Source: Eledone cirrhosa (taxonomy: Eukaryota). Taken from it: a stretch of DNA of 64,000 nt. The translations under genes were made by a program, and so were the position numbers. Location of the stretch: positions 65,968,001 through 66,032,000 of the forward strand of contig OZ024745.1 of assembly GCA_964016885.1 (NCBI GenBank), given 5' to 3'. The notes beneath the pieces are model-generated. The model was not told the origin of the DNA. It was given only the letters and a program-made list of their open reading frames with translations, and did no database searches. This document shows positions 26,128 through 40,281 of the stretch, piece by piece; position 1 is the first letter of the stretch, and each line of letters opens with the position of its first letter.

Positions 26128-27189
26128 GATAGATAGATAGATAGATAGATATATAGATTTGTATGTATACCTACTTATTTATATATATATATATATTTCA
26201 TATAGATTTTATACTTTCCTTGCTAAATTACTTAATTCATTTTTCACTGCTTCTAAGCTACAATATAAAGAAAATAAATACCTTCATGCACACATAGATA
26301 AAGCTATATAAAACATCGACTAATATAGCTACCTATCTACTACATACATTCATACACACATATACAGACAGACAGGCAGACAAACAGACATACATATATA
26401 CATATATGTCTATGAATATACCTAACTGCATAATGGCATACATAAGATTTATATAGATATTCGCTTTTTCATTTTGTTTATATCTTTACATTTCCATCGT
26501 AATATATCGAAGCCGTGCGTTACATTATTAAATTTTTATGCAATAAACCTGAGAAATCGACAAAACGGCAATTCTGCTAACTTAATCTGCAAGCAGGGCG
26601 AAAACAATAACAAATCTAAATATATTCTAAATCTTAGATTTTCATTCTACTTTGTACTTGTATAAATAGGAATGAAAGAGCCTTGTTGATATATATATAT
26701 TTCCTGAATAGTACTTTTTTTTAATGTAGAATCATAAAAAGTAAAAGGTGTCGCATTCAAATTAAAGGCAGTCTCTTGGATTTTGAGAAATAACAACCTA
26801 TCGTCCCCTCATTTTTAGTACATTAATGACATCACTGTCACGTCTATGCAGATAATTCTGTATAGATAATGTTGCCTTTCATTTCACCTTACCATACACA
26901 TGCATGCGTCATTCATATACAACTCAGACATACCACGCAAGACCCGCACTGTGTTTAGAAAAGGGAACTCGTAACCAAATATACTCCACGAGGACAATGA
27001 CAACGTAGTTCTCCTGGGTAATACCAAAGGGAAAATTGTTACACATCAAAGAAAGTGTTTTGCAATGTTTTCTCCTTATGGAACGGAGGAACGCATTTCT
27101 CATGCTATACATAAAAAAACACAATTAAAGATCTTAAATTTGCTGCAAATGCTAGACCTCGAAATATATGATGATCTCTGAGAACATTT

Positions 27190-28230
27190 TCACAAATATA
27201 TCATAGCTGATATTGTAGTACAAATACCAGTGGACAGTGTTGTGGGAGAGTACGCAGATGGACTAGTTAAGTTGTTTGGAGTTTTCTTCAGTCCAGATCT
27301 CCAGATAGGAACTGTGACGAAGATATGAGCAGGGTAGTAAATTTCACCCAGAAACGGAAATAAGAAACTATTTCTGAAAGGTATGGCAGTTGGTGAACGC
27401 ATATATTATCTCCGTCATATATTACCGTTTGAACTTCGTGCTTTGCATTAGTTTCCGTGGGCACGTTAGAGTCTCATGTTTTTCTCCTTATGGAAGGGAG
27501 GAACGCATTTCTCAGGTTAGGTAGTTCATCTCTTGTGAATATCCACGACACGGATTATTCGCTATGCCGTAACGTAATGATACGCAGACTTGCGCTAAGG
27601 AAGATCTTTGACACTCTCGGAAAGATCTGGGCGTCAATGTAAACAGACTAGCTGGTATGTTCTGGAGAACATTCGGGCTAGGAACCAGGGATAATTCCTG
27701 AAATCTCTAGCCGGGTAATGTTACTAGCAAGTATTGCTGGTTGTATACTTCTTCTATAGACATGAAAATACCACCAGTCCGGCGCGATATGTCAGGAAAC
27801 CCTTCCGTAGAATCTAGTTGATTGTTCAATGATTACTATTCTATGGACTTTTGTCGTGATTAGGAAGAATCCAGCTATAGGCCGAATCTATCGTAAAAAT
27901 ATTTTCCTGAAAGGATTGAACAGACACATTTATCTTCCCCCGACCCTCTCACCAACTGCTTCAAGTTTCAATTGGAAAAGAATGTAAGCGTGGGAGAGGA
28001 AAGAGTTCCGACCCAACTCGCGAGTTTGCAAACATGGCCTTAAATGATCTGAAACGGAGAATTCACCTGTAGACCTAGGGAAGACAAATAAGAGAGGGCA
28101 TTAACGATTGGTTATCAGGGTAAATCAGGTTTTGAGAGGTTTTCTTGGTAAGGCCTCGATAGCTGTCCTCTTTATTGGAGATTTTTCATTGTTACCTTTT
28201 TTATTATTTATTGTTTTGTTGCTATATTTT
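27190..28230 (+). mobile_element. Heavily degraded Tx1-like LINE fragment
   Basis: agtgttgtgggagagtacgcagatggactagttaagttg...tccagatctccagat aligns with about 60455-60525. The 3'UTR tattggagatttttcattgtta matches about 61764-61785. Confidence 0.65.
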
Positions 28231-28238
28231 AAATGCCA

Positions 28239-28274
28239 CCCTAACCCTAACCCTAACTCTAACCCTAACCCTAA
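28239..28274. repeat. Interstitial telomere-type repeat (CCCTAA)6
   Basis: ccctaaccctaaccctaactctaaccctaaccctaa. Confidence 0.85.
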
Positions 28275-28409
28275 TCCATTGCATATTTGACATGTCCTTG
28301 TATCGATCTTATTACCTTGTGACATTGCCACGTATACAGAAATGGTTGCTATTGCTGTTGTTGTTGTGCGGAGATATTATTATTAATGTTATTCTTGTTG
28401 TTGTCGTTG

Positions 28410-28410
<1 letters not shown>

Positions 28411-28471
<61 letters not shown>

Positions 28472-28480
28472 GTCGTCATC
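28411..28480. repeat. (CAT)n microsatellite
   Basis: Directly visible. Confidence 0.95.
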
Positions 28481-30460
28481 AATACCGTAGTTGGGGTTGT
28501 TGCTGACAAATGGAAGTATTTTCTTCGTATGTTCGTTTCGTGTAAATATTGATTGATCACAAGACATTTATGAATATATTTTGGATAGTGCCAGTAAGAT
28601 TCAATAATTGGCATTCAGAAAATTGAGTTGAATTTAAATTTATATATAGGTCCAACCCTTGTCTGCAGGGAAAACAGACATTAAATTATGATATATGGCA
28701 AATGGTGACGTTTGCTATGCAATATGGGAAATAGTTGGAAAGTGTGTACATACATGTACTTACAGGAGGATTTGCACACAATCATACATATAACCAGGTG
28801 TACCATGAAAACTAGAAACATAGTCAGATTATATATCCATATACTTGCGCGTGCGCGCGTGTGTGTATACTTGTATGTGTGTAGACATATGTACATGCAT
28901 ATTTATGTAAATATATAAGTTACCGGAATTCATTGACACAATCGTTGTCTCTTAGCTATTTCAATATTTATTCTCGTATCCATTTTTACTTTTCTTTTGG
29001 TTACCGTAGAAATTGAGCTAGCCTTGTTACGTGGTTATATAAAAGGAACATAACAGATGCTTTTAAACGATCGAGTGAACAATGTGCATGTGTTTCTTGA
29101 AAAGTTTATAAAGGAATTTATATAAATGAGAAATAAAATCACTATCATTATTATAAATGAGAAATAGTTGCTTACAGGGCAATGTTTTGCTGTGGGCGGT
29201 GAGCACTAAGGAAACCGTAACTAGTGACTTGCGGAAAACTTTATGAGAATCTTAAAATGTTTTCTTTCTTTTTCATTAGTTGAGTATATAAGGAAGCGGC
29301 TGTTGTCAAACATAGTGTTAGATGTGTGGGATTGATGCCGCTAACGTTTTTCTTATAATATGGTCGACAACTTCAGAAAATAACATAAGCACTGGGGAGA
29401 AATAACCTGATAGATGTAGAGACATTTAGGGTTTGGTATATGTTGGGCATCGAGATGAGGGAGGGATCATAGGTGTCTTAAGTGTCTGTCGGTCTGGGAT
29501 GCATGTAAGAAAACTAGATTGTTTAGGATGGAGAAGGATTTCGCTTCTCTACCGGTTAGATATATATGAGATAAGCATGCCTACCAGAAAGATTTGTGTG
29601 CATTAAAGTCACCAAGGAAAACAAACTGGAGAGGAATGGATTAAGATATATGTCATCAGTGCAAGAAGAGATATAGTCGAAGAGTTTTCGGTCATTTGAA
29701 GAAGCAAATGTCTTTGGATGGGCGAAGGGGAGATAATGAATTAGAGTCCTTAAAAGTCATACTTGCTGATGTCCAAGAGAGAGAGATGACTGGCGGGTAA
29801 ACGTAGAATCTACGCATGCACATACATCACACATCGGAGTAAGATTTTAGTAAAGAGTACAGCGTAGCTTGTATCAGCATATGAATTAAAACGTTTTACG
29901 CATTATCGAATGGAGAATCTCGAAGTAGTCACATGGTATATTACAAATAACAGTCAAATTTCTATGAAATCAAATCCTACCATCCTAAACAAAAATGATG
30001 TACAATAGATACGGCCCTAGATGAATTATATCTAGAGGAAAATGCGAAGTAAATAGGTTTGCTTTTCAGAGCTGAACAACAACCCCAACATCTTATCATT
30101 TTAGTATTTTGTCTGTACTTGTAATTCTAAGCTCACGTTAGACAATATTGAATCATAATATTGCAATTTAATTATGTATATCTTTTTCATCTTACACAAG
30201 TCTCATAGAATTCAGTCATATTTTGAAATCCGTGAAACAAGCATACACCTCTTGGCAATATTCTAACAATTTCTCCAAGACCTACCGTACAGTGAATATT
30301 TGGTCAGTTGTACTATGTTTGGAGAAGAAACCAGATTGTTTGTCGGTTAGCTTGGACTTGACAATATTCTTCTCTCTCTTTGCCAGACACTTTATATAGA
30401 CATTACCGGGAAGGCTTCACAGAGATTCATCTATAATAAATGCAATCTAACTTGTCTCCG

Positions 30461-30735
30461 TTCTTCTTCTTCTTCTTCTTCTTCTTCTTCTTCTTCTTCT
30501 TCTTCTTCTTCTTCTTCTTCTTCTTCTTCTTCTTCTTCTTCTTCTTCTTCTTCTTTTTCTTCTTTTTCTTTTTCTTCTTCTTATTCTTATTCTTCTTCTT
30601 TTTGCTCGATGAGACTGAGGTCTCCTGGGCCAGTGATCTCAGAGTCATCATCATGAAGTTGCCAATGCTAGCCCCTCTGCATCCTCCAGGTGACGCCGAG
30701 CCTCTGGAGATCTTCCTTGGTGACGTACGGAAGGC
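30461..30735 (-). mobile_element. RTE LINE 3' end with long (GAA)n tail
   Basis: ttgctcgatgagactga at 30602 is the reverse complement of tcagtctcatcgagcaa at 32890, which ends the RTE relic. Confidence 0.75.
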
Positions 30736-31740
30736 AAACCTCCACGTTGCTGCAAAACGTGTAAATATAAATTTTACTTCCGTGATTTTGCATTTTCTAA
30801 GATTAAGAAACAGGGGGTAGCCCTTGCGTTTTTTTATACAATGTTTAAAGAATACTTATTCGAAGTTTTATCAATGAAAAAGACTAAATCGAACTACACG
30901 AATTGAATACGTAAATAAAGGAATATTTTTTCTAATTATTTTAGTCTATTTCCGGTGATAATAAAACATAACCTTGATTGATCCATAGGATATATAGGTC
31001 ACCAATCTTGCTTTTAGTTGGTGGCAGTTTGCCAGATTAGGGATCAGACTAAATGATCGCAATTGTGATAAACGACTACAGTAAATATGGAAATAAATCG
31101 ATGAATGACTCAAGAAATACGATTGTTTTGTTGGGTTTCTTTTGTGTAGCAAGCAAACAATCTACGAAATGTTCAAAGTGGAATACTGTAAATATTTGGG
31201 AACTTATATACTCTAAACAGACGCTAACAAGGGCATTGAATGTTTCGTAAATATTTTATTGATGGCCGGATTGTAAATGATCTTAAGTAACTACATTGTT
31301 CCAGTGTCACGTTCTTACCGCTAGTTTCGTTTTCATGAAATGTGCACGTGATCTTATCAATTCAAAAAGACACCAAGATTTACCCTATAGACAAGCAGTT
31401 TTCCTTTGACAATATTCCTGAATTAATGAGATCATTACAAGAGAATAAAACGAAAATAGTGGCACCAAAATATAAATTAACACCAAACATTCGTCGTTTG
31501 GATATTCATTATATCAATATTTTTTTGATAGTCATGTCTTATTTATTGTTATTTGTGTGTTATATTCTAAACGGTTTGACGGTTTGGGGAATAAGAAGAG
31601 ATACAGAAAAGAAAAGTGATATTCTTTTGAAAACAATATGGCAGTTATAATTCCTAGTGAAAGATATTTAAAATAATTAGACCACCAACAAATTTGATAA
31701 ACACAGAAATGTATAAAGTGCCAGCGTTTTCCTCCAGCCA

Positions 31741-31933
31741 AAAATAATTGTTTCTACTTTTGGCACAAGGCCAGCAATTATCCCAGCGCATTACTGGTAC
31801 TTTATTTTATCGACCCCGTAAGGATGAAAGGCAAAGTTAACCTCAGCGAGATTTGAACTCAGAATGGCAAGGGCCGTAACTCTATGCGTAAAAGCATGGT
31901 GTCCAACCCTCTACCGATACTGCCAATCCACCA
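31741..31933 (-). mobile_element. Near full-length SINE monomer with 15-bp TSD
   Basis: Same family as 15.6 kb; TSD ccagccaaaaataat at 31734 and 31931. Confidence 0.9.
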
Positions 31934-32239
31934 GCCAAAAATAATATTATATAGTTTCTACTTGTCTAATAAAGTAAGTGAGAATTAAAACAATTGTGCA
32001 ACTTGTGCGTTATCAAAATTTTGTTCCTAGTTGAAATCATCACATTTGAATTAAAAATAGTGCACGAATGTCAACACCTACATGTCGTCTTCATCAACAG
32101 TTTAACTTGTTCATTAGAAAAATAGTTTTTTCTATTTCTATATATGTTTCTTGATATTTATTACGTATTTGTGATTCGTTGGAAAAGAATCATCCTTAAA
32201 TAAAAACGTTATTTTAATAAATTCCTTAAGTTGCAAAAT

Positions 32240-32916
32240 ACATGTGAATGGAGTTCCACTGAAGAAGGTGGAGAGGTTCAAGTATCTCGAGATCACTTTC
32301 TTTCTGTTCACGAGTGATGGAAGGGATGAGGCTGAATTAAGTGCAATAATTGCATGAGCTGGTGCAGTAATGCGCTAGGTTCAGCATTCGGTAATCGGAA
32401 TAAGTGGGATGGTAGGTGTAAAAGCCAAACTCGCTATCTTAAATTCGGTATTCATGCCAACACTTAACCCTTAACTATGGCCATGAATCTTGAGTAATGA
32501 CCGAAAGGATGCGATCGCAAATACAAGCTGCCGGAATGGGGTTCCTCCGAAGGGTCTTTGGAGTAAAGTTACTCGATAGAATGCGTAACTCGGAGATCAG
32601 AGAGTCACTCCAGTTAGAGCCGCTACCTATCCGAATTGAGATATTACAGCTCCGATATTATGGGAATGTAGTTACAATGTCTCAGGAAAGAATCCCTGGA
32701 TAGATGTTATGGAAAAAAATCAAAAGCCGATTGACAGGGGACCCGAGCAAGATGTTTGGATAACAAGATCTCCAGAGCCCCGGCGTCACCTTGGAGGATG
32801 TAAAGAGACTGCGAGCGATGGAAAGCACTGGTGGACCTTGTCGGCTCTACGCATGATGATGCCTTTGGAATTACTAGCCTAGGATGACTTCAGTCTCATC
32901 GAGCAAGAAGAAGAAG
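32240..32916 (+). mobile_element. RTE-clade LINE relic (RT thumb and C-terminus)
   Basis: LKKVERFKYL, YGHES*VMTERMRSQIQAAGMGFLRRV, LRYYGNV; ends in an (AAG)n tail. Confidence 0.85.
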
Positions 32917-33550
32917 CGGTCAAGGTATGGTTGAATCGATTCTCACTAGGGGTAGATTAAATTGTGCCCTAGAAAATTCTGGCCGTACGTTTAGCAGATA
33001 ACGCTACTATGTGAAGGATAACTATTAAATCTAACCGGTAGTTGTGAAGGGGCGCAGAACTACACCGATTAGATCTATGGTTTTACGACATTGAGAAATT
33101 TCAGTGGTTTTGAAAATTATACAAATTCTGTGAGATCTCCAAATGAAATTTCTCCAACAGATGGGATTTGACTGTGATAGAAGAGGTAATATATTTAGTA
33201 TTCTGTTCAGCAATCTTTCTGAGTGCTTAACGATGTATGTTTTCTAAATTAGTGTGTCACAGAAATATTCAATAATGAAATGAATTATCAGATTTAATTA
33301 TGCACTCTAATGTTTAAATTTCTTGCATGTCTTGAATATTGCACGAATTCAGGTAGGAATGAAGTAAAGATGCAGCTTCGAATAAAATGATTAATCCCTC
33401 GATATGTATCAGGTTTTTCGCCTGAGATTTAAGGTCCAATTAAATATTTCATTAACATTGTTAGTGTTATAAATTAAATTTAATGTTCTATCCGCATTGC
33501 TCTAGCCTTCTATAACTACATTTACTCTACCTCAACAGAAAGACAGGCAG

Positions 33551-33606
<56 letters not shown>

Positions 33607-33654
33607 CCATATATATATATGTATATAGAGAGTGAGACAGGGTGACAATAGCAG

Positions 33655-33723
<69 letters not shown>

Positions 33724-34309
33724 TTATGTTTGTATGCCTTCATCTAAGTAACGAGCATATGACATCTGTAGTGATGGTGCCACGATAAAACACACTCTGG
33801 ACACTCTGCAATATCGTTGCTGATGGGAAAGCTATTCAACAGAAGAATCCGTTGCCAGCGTGGAATGCGAGTGTAAAATTATGAGAATGATAGATTTTGC
33901 AAGAATTGAATATGGCATGAAAGTATGTTATAGATAATTCAGAGACCCCCCCCCCCCCCAAAAAAAAAAAGAAAATAAAAAAAAAGTTTTTGAAAGGAGG
34001 ACCATAAATGTTATTAGATGAGGATATGGAAAACAAACACCAGAAATTAGTCTGCAACAGTTATTCTAATATTTTCGGTGAGTCTCTGCTGAGTTCATAA
34101 AAAGATCGTAAGATTTGAAAATTTGAGAGCCCGTTAGAAACTGCGAAATAGTTTAAGCATAGTTAGTCAATGACTAATTATTGGTCTTCCTTACAGCAAC
34201 ATTTTAATAGAGATGGTCACCATTTTAGAAGGCTGCGTTGTTTTACGATTTAGAGGGGAGTTCGTTTCCCTAGCTTGGCTGCTAGACATCTCTTCTATTT
34301 GTTGTTAGG

Positions 34310-34899
34310 TGTAGGTAAACAATTAAGCAAAAAGAACATACCTCGAGATTATATGTACATGAGAATTTTAATCAGAGCCATAAACAAAACCGGTTATCAT
34401 ATCAGTTGCTCCTTGATTGGCAATTATCATTAAGTGGCGGTGTTCAAATAGCCCGTGACCGCATGGTGCAATATCGCTGTTTCGCCACAGTGAAACGCGT
34501 CTGGTCACCTTATCTCACAAAGTTGAAAAGAGAATGTATTCAGCTACTGACGTCAGAACGTTACGTCAGAACTAAGGGCAATTAATCGACTGCCTCCAAA
34601 GTCAAAGCTAGGTGGAGTGATCTTCTACATGGCCTCCCACCATATTTTTAGAAAAGGAAATAAAAATCGGTTCATCGGACCATGTATGTAGAAAAACGAT
34701 GAGCAACTAGCAAAAACCTCAAACCAAGGAGCAATCAGCCAAACTGAGCATGAAGGGCACAACAACTTTCAAAAGAACATATGAAACAAGCATGCAAGAA
34801 CGAGAAAAAAAAATGTAAATACAATTTTTAAAAGTTCAAATAGAAAATACAGGATTAAAGAGCCGCACAATAGCAATTTAAAAAATATACAGTGCTACA
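34310..34899 (-). repeat. 3' LTR of the Gypsy element
   Basis: Termini tgtag...ctaca. A purine-rich gggaaaaac precedes it on the minus strand. 34480-34630 matches 36118-36222. Confidence 0.65.
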
Positions 34900-34939
34900 C
34901 AGTTTTTCCCAAAAAGGGTCCAGTGCCCAGTTCATATAA

Positions 34940-36117
34940 TAAAAGTTTGGAAGAGTTCTTTGGGCCAGTGGACTCTTCGACCGGAACGGGTCGTGGTCTT
35001 GTATCTTGGTGATGGGGGGGGGGGGGGGGCAAAGAAACAGGTGTGTGTGCAAAAGAGAAAGATGGGGTGTATGTGGCTCAGGTGTGTGAGCATCTGTGTG
35101 GGCCCGTTTAAGTCTATCAACCGCAATGGTCTCTCTGGATCCCTTAATGTCTACAGTGAAATGTTTATCAGAACAAGCTAATACACGATAGGGTCCAGAG
35201 TACGGTTGTGTGAGATGTGGTCTCACAGCATCGTTTCTTACGAACACATGGGTCCACGAGGCAATATGCCTCGGGACTGCAGATTTTACAGTTTGTTTCC
35301 ACGTATCCATCGGCGGCAGGTCCTGAAAATAAGAACGCAGACGGGATACATAGGAAAGCGGATCTTGTGCAGCAAGATCGTCAGGGGCAAGCATTTGCCC
35401 AGGTAACGCTAGAGGAGCTCCATACAATAATTCGGCCGGGGAGAACCCAAGGTCCTCCTTTATTGATGACCGAATCCCGAACAACACAATAGGGAGGTAC
35501 TGGCTCCAACGTCAGGTGAAGTCCGCAGAGCGGCATTTTGTTTTCATTAGATGCAGGATGATATGAAGTTGTTCGGATGCGTTTAGCACCCATGATCTTC
35601 ATCAATTCATGGAGGAGATTCGATTAAAACTGTCTTCCACGGTCCGTTGTAATCGTGGTTGGCACTCCACAGCGGGCAATCCATCCTGAAACCAGGGCAC
35701 GCGCTGTCGTTTCAGCAGTGATGTCTTTCAAGGGGATGGCTTCAGGCCATCGCGAAAAACGATCAATTATAGTCAATAGATAAGTATGACCACCACTGAC
35801 TGGTCAAGTCCCACGATGTCCACATGAATGTGCCGGAAACGGGCGTCCGGTGTACTGAAAGTACCGAGCGGAGCCTTAACGTGTTTATGGATTTTCGATT
35901 TCTGGCAAGCGATGCAGGAACGGCACCAAGCAGTAATATCGCGCCTTATATTTGGCCAGAAGAATCTGGCTGTTATGAGCTTTATTGTAGCAGTATATCC
36001 TGGGTGGGAAATGCTGTGTAAAGCAAGAAATACAGTACGACGATGGTTTAGCGGGACGAATGGTCTCGGTGAATCCACGGAAACGTCGCAGAGAATCTGT
36101 CCGTCTGCGGCCCACCG
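34940..36117 (-). pseudogene. Gypsy integrase (HHCC, catalytic core, GPY motif), disrupted
   Basis: HSISHPG...[59 protein letters not shown]. Confidence 0.92.
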
Positions 36118-37163
36118 TTTCGCCACAGTGAAACGCGTCAGGTCGCCTGAACGTGACGTCAGAACTAAGGGCAGTTAATCGACTGCCTCCAAAGTCAAAG
36201 CTAGGTGGCGTGATCTTCTACATCCATGCATAGCTATGCCATTAAACTGTTTGCCTCGCAACTGCATGATACCCCGTTCAATCACAACACATGACACACT
36301 AGTGTCCTTTGACCAGTACATTATGGGTAAAATATAGTATATGGAAACTATGCTAAAATGTGTCGATGGCAAAGATGATCGGTATGGCCGTAAGAGAAAT
36401 TGGTTGGATTCGAGTATGACGATATAACGATACAACCGCAAACGGCTGAAACTACAAAGCGTAGTATCACTGTGTGTGTGTGTGTGTGGAAGGGCATAGA
36501 GCCGGAAAGAGGTGGGGGAGAATACATGATGGGAACCATCCAACATCGACGGTGCTACAAATTCAATTCAGTTTGGTTTGGAGTCGTGACTGCTTCGGTG
36601 TATACCTCATTTAAATTTTGATTCTGAATAAATGACATTAATAATAACTTGTTATCGTAATAAAAACAGTTATTTATTTACGTTGCAATAGAAACATAGT
36701 AGAGTTTAACGTTATCTTGATGATGATGATGTGCTAAAACCCTAAATCCCGAAATAAACTGTATTCCACATACAGTGAAAATCAATTATTTTGTTTTCGT
36801 TCCTGATATATGTTGGCTTGTCACATATAGGCTGATGCATTAAATGTCTCCCTATCGCACCGGATTGAATTTGTATTTTAAAAAACAAGCTTCTATCAGT
36901 TCAGAGCATTGTATATCTGAATATCTCTGGAAATTTGAAATTGCGTTTATTTATAAAGGCTATATTTAGTGTGATATACCTGATATGTATTGGAATTCTT
37001 CTTATCAATGTACATATATATATATACATGCATATATATACATATATATATACATATATATATACATATATATATATACATACATAGACAGATACAAATA
37101 TATATATATACATACATATATTTATGTACATATATATATACATACATATATATATATACATGT

Positions 37164-37246
<83 letters not shown>

Positions 37247-37273
37247 AATATATATATATGTATACATATATGT

Positions 37274-37362
<89 letters not shown>

Positions 37363-37402
37363 TATATACATCCATATACATACATATACATGCATATATA
37401 TA

Positions 37403-37965
37403 TGGTGGCTGCCAACTCGTTTTCGAGTACGGCCACTACTTTATATTCATGTAGGAGAACCCCTACCGATGCGCTGAACGAGTGTGACTTTTTAGTCCAG
37501 CCAGCGACTTGAAAACTCTGGTACAAACACTACACTTGTGACAATTATTGACACATAGTGCTTTGCCTTTGGTACCATGTGACGACAAGTGCAGAGAGAT
37601 CTCCAGATATAAAGCAATGCCTGTGCCGTGAAGCTTTTATAGTGAGCAAAGGCACTGCACAAAGCCAGTCCCACTCTCTTAACCAAGATGATATTTACCA
37701 AAAAGAAGAACAAGTCAACATCATTGGATACCATCAGGGTTGCAGGTGTTATATCAGAGTTTTCCTTCTCCTAGAATTCTGCCTTGACAAAGGCTAAGGG
37801 GTCATCTCTCCCAGTGATTTTGGATGGCCATTGACTCTTAAGAGCTCCTTTGCCCTTTGACAGGTTTTGTTTTTAGTCCTGCAGGATGTCCAAAGTCACC
37901 CTCTTCACCAAGAAACCTTGGTGGGGTTGCCAGTTTAGTCGCCAACGACCCGACCATGAGACAGC
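37403..37965 (-). mobile_element. RTE-derived non-autonomous bipartite retroposon, longer copy
   Basis: RTE-type 5'UTR motif plus terminal codons [23 protein letters not shown] (C2H2 finger, 37463-37543) and a short 3'UTR; embedded in (TA)n. Confidence 0.75.
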
Positions 37966-38127
37966 ATATATATATATACATATATATATACATACATAGA
38001 CAGATATATATATATATATGCATGTATATATATATACATGTATACATATATATATATATACATATATATACATCCATATACATATATATATATATATATA
38101 CATGTAAGTATATATATATAGATATGC

Positions 38128-38183
<56 letters not shown>

Positions 38184-39243
38184 ATGATGTGCTAAAACCC
38201 TAAATCCCGAAATAAACTGTATTCCACATCCAGTGAAAATCAATTATTTTGTTTTCGTTCCTGATATATATGACACGAGAGCCATTACATAATTACAATA
38301 TTTATTTTTATTACGATAACAAGTTATTATTAACGTCATTTATTCAGAATCAAAATTTAAATGGGGCATATTTCTAAATATGAGATCCAGATGATAGCAG
38401 AATGATATATATTTATCAATATGTCTCTGAAAATTAAATTTGAATTATGGCAGTTCAATATCAGCAGGGGATTCTCGTTCGATTATTGAGTAATCATTTA
38501 GTAATCATTTTTGTGATAAGAATATTCATTTATTTCGTTATTGTTTTTAGTCACTAAACTTTAGTCATGTTGGGACAGAGACTCGTGCCGTTTTTTGACA
38601 CGGCCACTCGTTTCAAAATTATTTATAGATCTATATCTTATTGAATTGCTGACTTAGTATGTTTGACACTACACCACATTTACATACTAAATCAAACTAG
38701 TAACAGGGTTACACAGACTCACACACACACACTACCCCCATATATATATATGTGTGTGTGTAAGATATATATAGAGAGAGATAGAATGTGTGAGAAAGTG
38801 TTTGTGCGTGTGAGAAAGTATTGCACCTCAACAAATGCACCTCAACAAATCTACCCTTCACAACGAAGATTCCAGTGTGGAGGGGGTACATTTGATGGAG
38901 CGAACGTATGATACAAAATGTTTCCTAGAAGTGGTTGTTTAGTATTACCACTGAACAGACATATTTGCGCGTTGAAACGAACCAGTCTGTGAAAATGAGA
39001 TTGAAACTCACTATTCTTCGAACGGCTGAAAGACAGTGATAACGATATCAACGTTTTGGACATGTGCAAATATCCAGCACCACAACAGAGCTCGATCTAT
39101 TAAGTGACTAATCAGCTAATTATTCTTAAATAAAGGTGAAATGAAAAACAAATGGTATGTGATCTTTAGTAGGATTAATGAGAATTTTGCAAAACAATTA
39201 CATACAAACATACACACACACATACATGCAAATATGCTCACAA

Positions 39244-39274
<31 letters not shown>

Positions 39275-39295
39275 TACATGCAAATATGCTCACAA

Positions 39296-39369
<74 letters not shown>

Positions 39370-39599
39370 CTGAGGATGTCTGTCTGTGTGTGTGTGAGTT
39401 TGAATCCCTAAATCTAGAGAAGCACCCAACCGACTGTTTTCAAACTTTACACATGTAATAATTATGTTTCAGGGAGTGTTCTGAGCAAAAATGATTTCAA
39501 ATTTTCAATGCCCTAGGGACCGCATTAGGTGATTTAGCGATCTCTCTCTACAATTCTTAGTCTTTCGCTTTTTAGTTAGATACATAGTCATGCCCTTAT

Positions 39600-39851
39600 A
39601 ATATATGTCTGTATGTCTGGCTGTCTGCTGCCTCCGGTTATTTTGCCACCCTTGCACAAGATAAATCTCACACTCATTCCCCAAACAGTTGGTAAGTGCA
39701 CACAACTTCTTCCTCACGTTTTAAGCCACTTACGTACCACCAGACACTTACTTCTTTGCCAGCCGTTGTTGTGGCAATACTAAGCTTAGCTAAGGCGGTT
39801 ATATATTTCATAATACCTTATCCCGTGCAACGCCGGGTACCACTGCTACTA
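39600..39851 (+). mobile_element. Non-autonomous Helitron 3' end (5' boundary uncertain)
   Basis: Subterminal hairpin cccgtgcaacgccggg (39822-39837) followed 8 nt later by ctac-t, close to the CTRR/T consensus. Confidence 0.55.
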
Positions 39852-40281
39852 TATATATATGTAGTTTCACCATACGAATACGAGTTATAAAATAAGTTTT
39901 TCAACACACAAAAGGTTATTCATTTGGAAGAATTTAATTGATTATCTCAAGATATATTTTCTGAAGGTGAATAGAAACGGCAGAGTGATAAATAGTATTT
40001 AATTCGCATAAAATTCAGACTTCAAACTCTACAGGAACTGTTAATCCCTAAGGATTGATGAAATAAACATCAATGATTTTTCTTGTATCCAATTAATTAT
40101 TGACTCACCATTAAAAATCAGCTGAGCCGAATGAAACTATATCATATAAAAGATATTTTTTAGTGATCCTGGAAGGGTAATTAATGACTAATACCAGCTT
40201 TCGTATCCCAAAATTAGATTTCAAATTCGTTAGTGTGTATTTGTTTCATACACTCTAAGGATCCGGTTCTATGCGCATTAT

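Larger units (their letters stand above)
34310..36559 (-). mobile_element. Internally deleted Ty3/Gypsy LTR retrotransposon
   Basis: Integrase remnant between a TG...CA-bounded LTR (34310-34899) and a partial LTR (36118-36559) sharing a block of about 105 bp. Confidence 0.8.

Noticed and set aside
29200-29850. Purine-rich segment as a possible old LINE fragment
   Set aside because: No protein motif or internal homologue recovered by eye.
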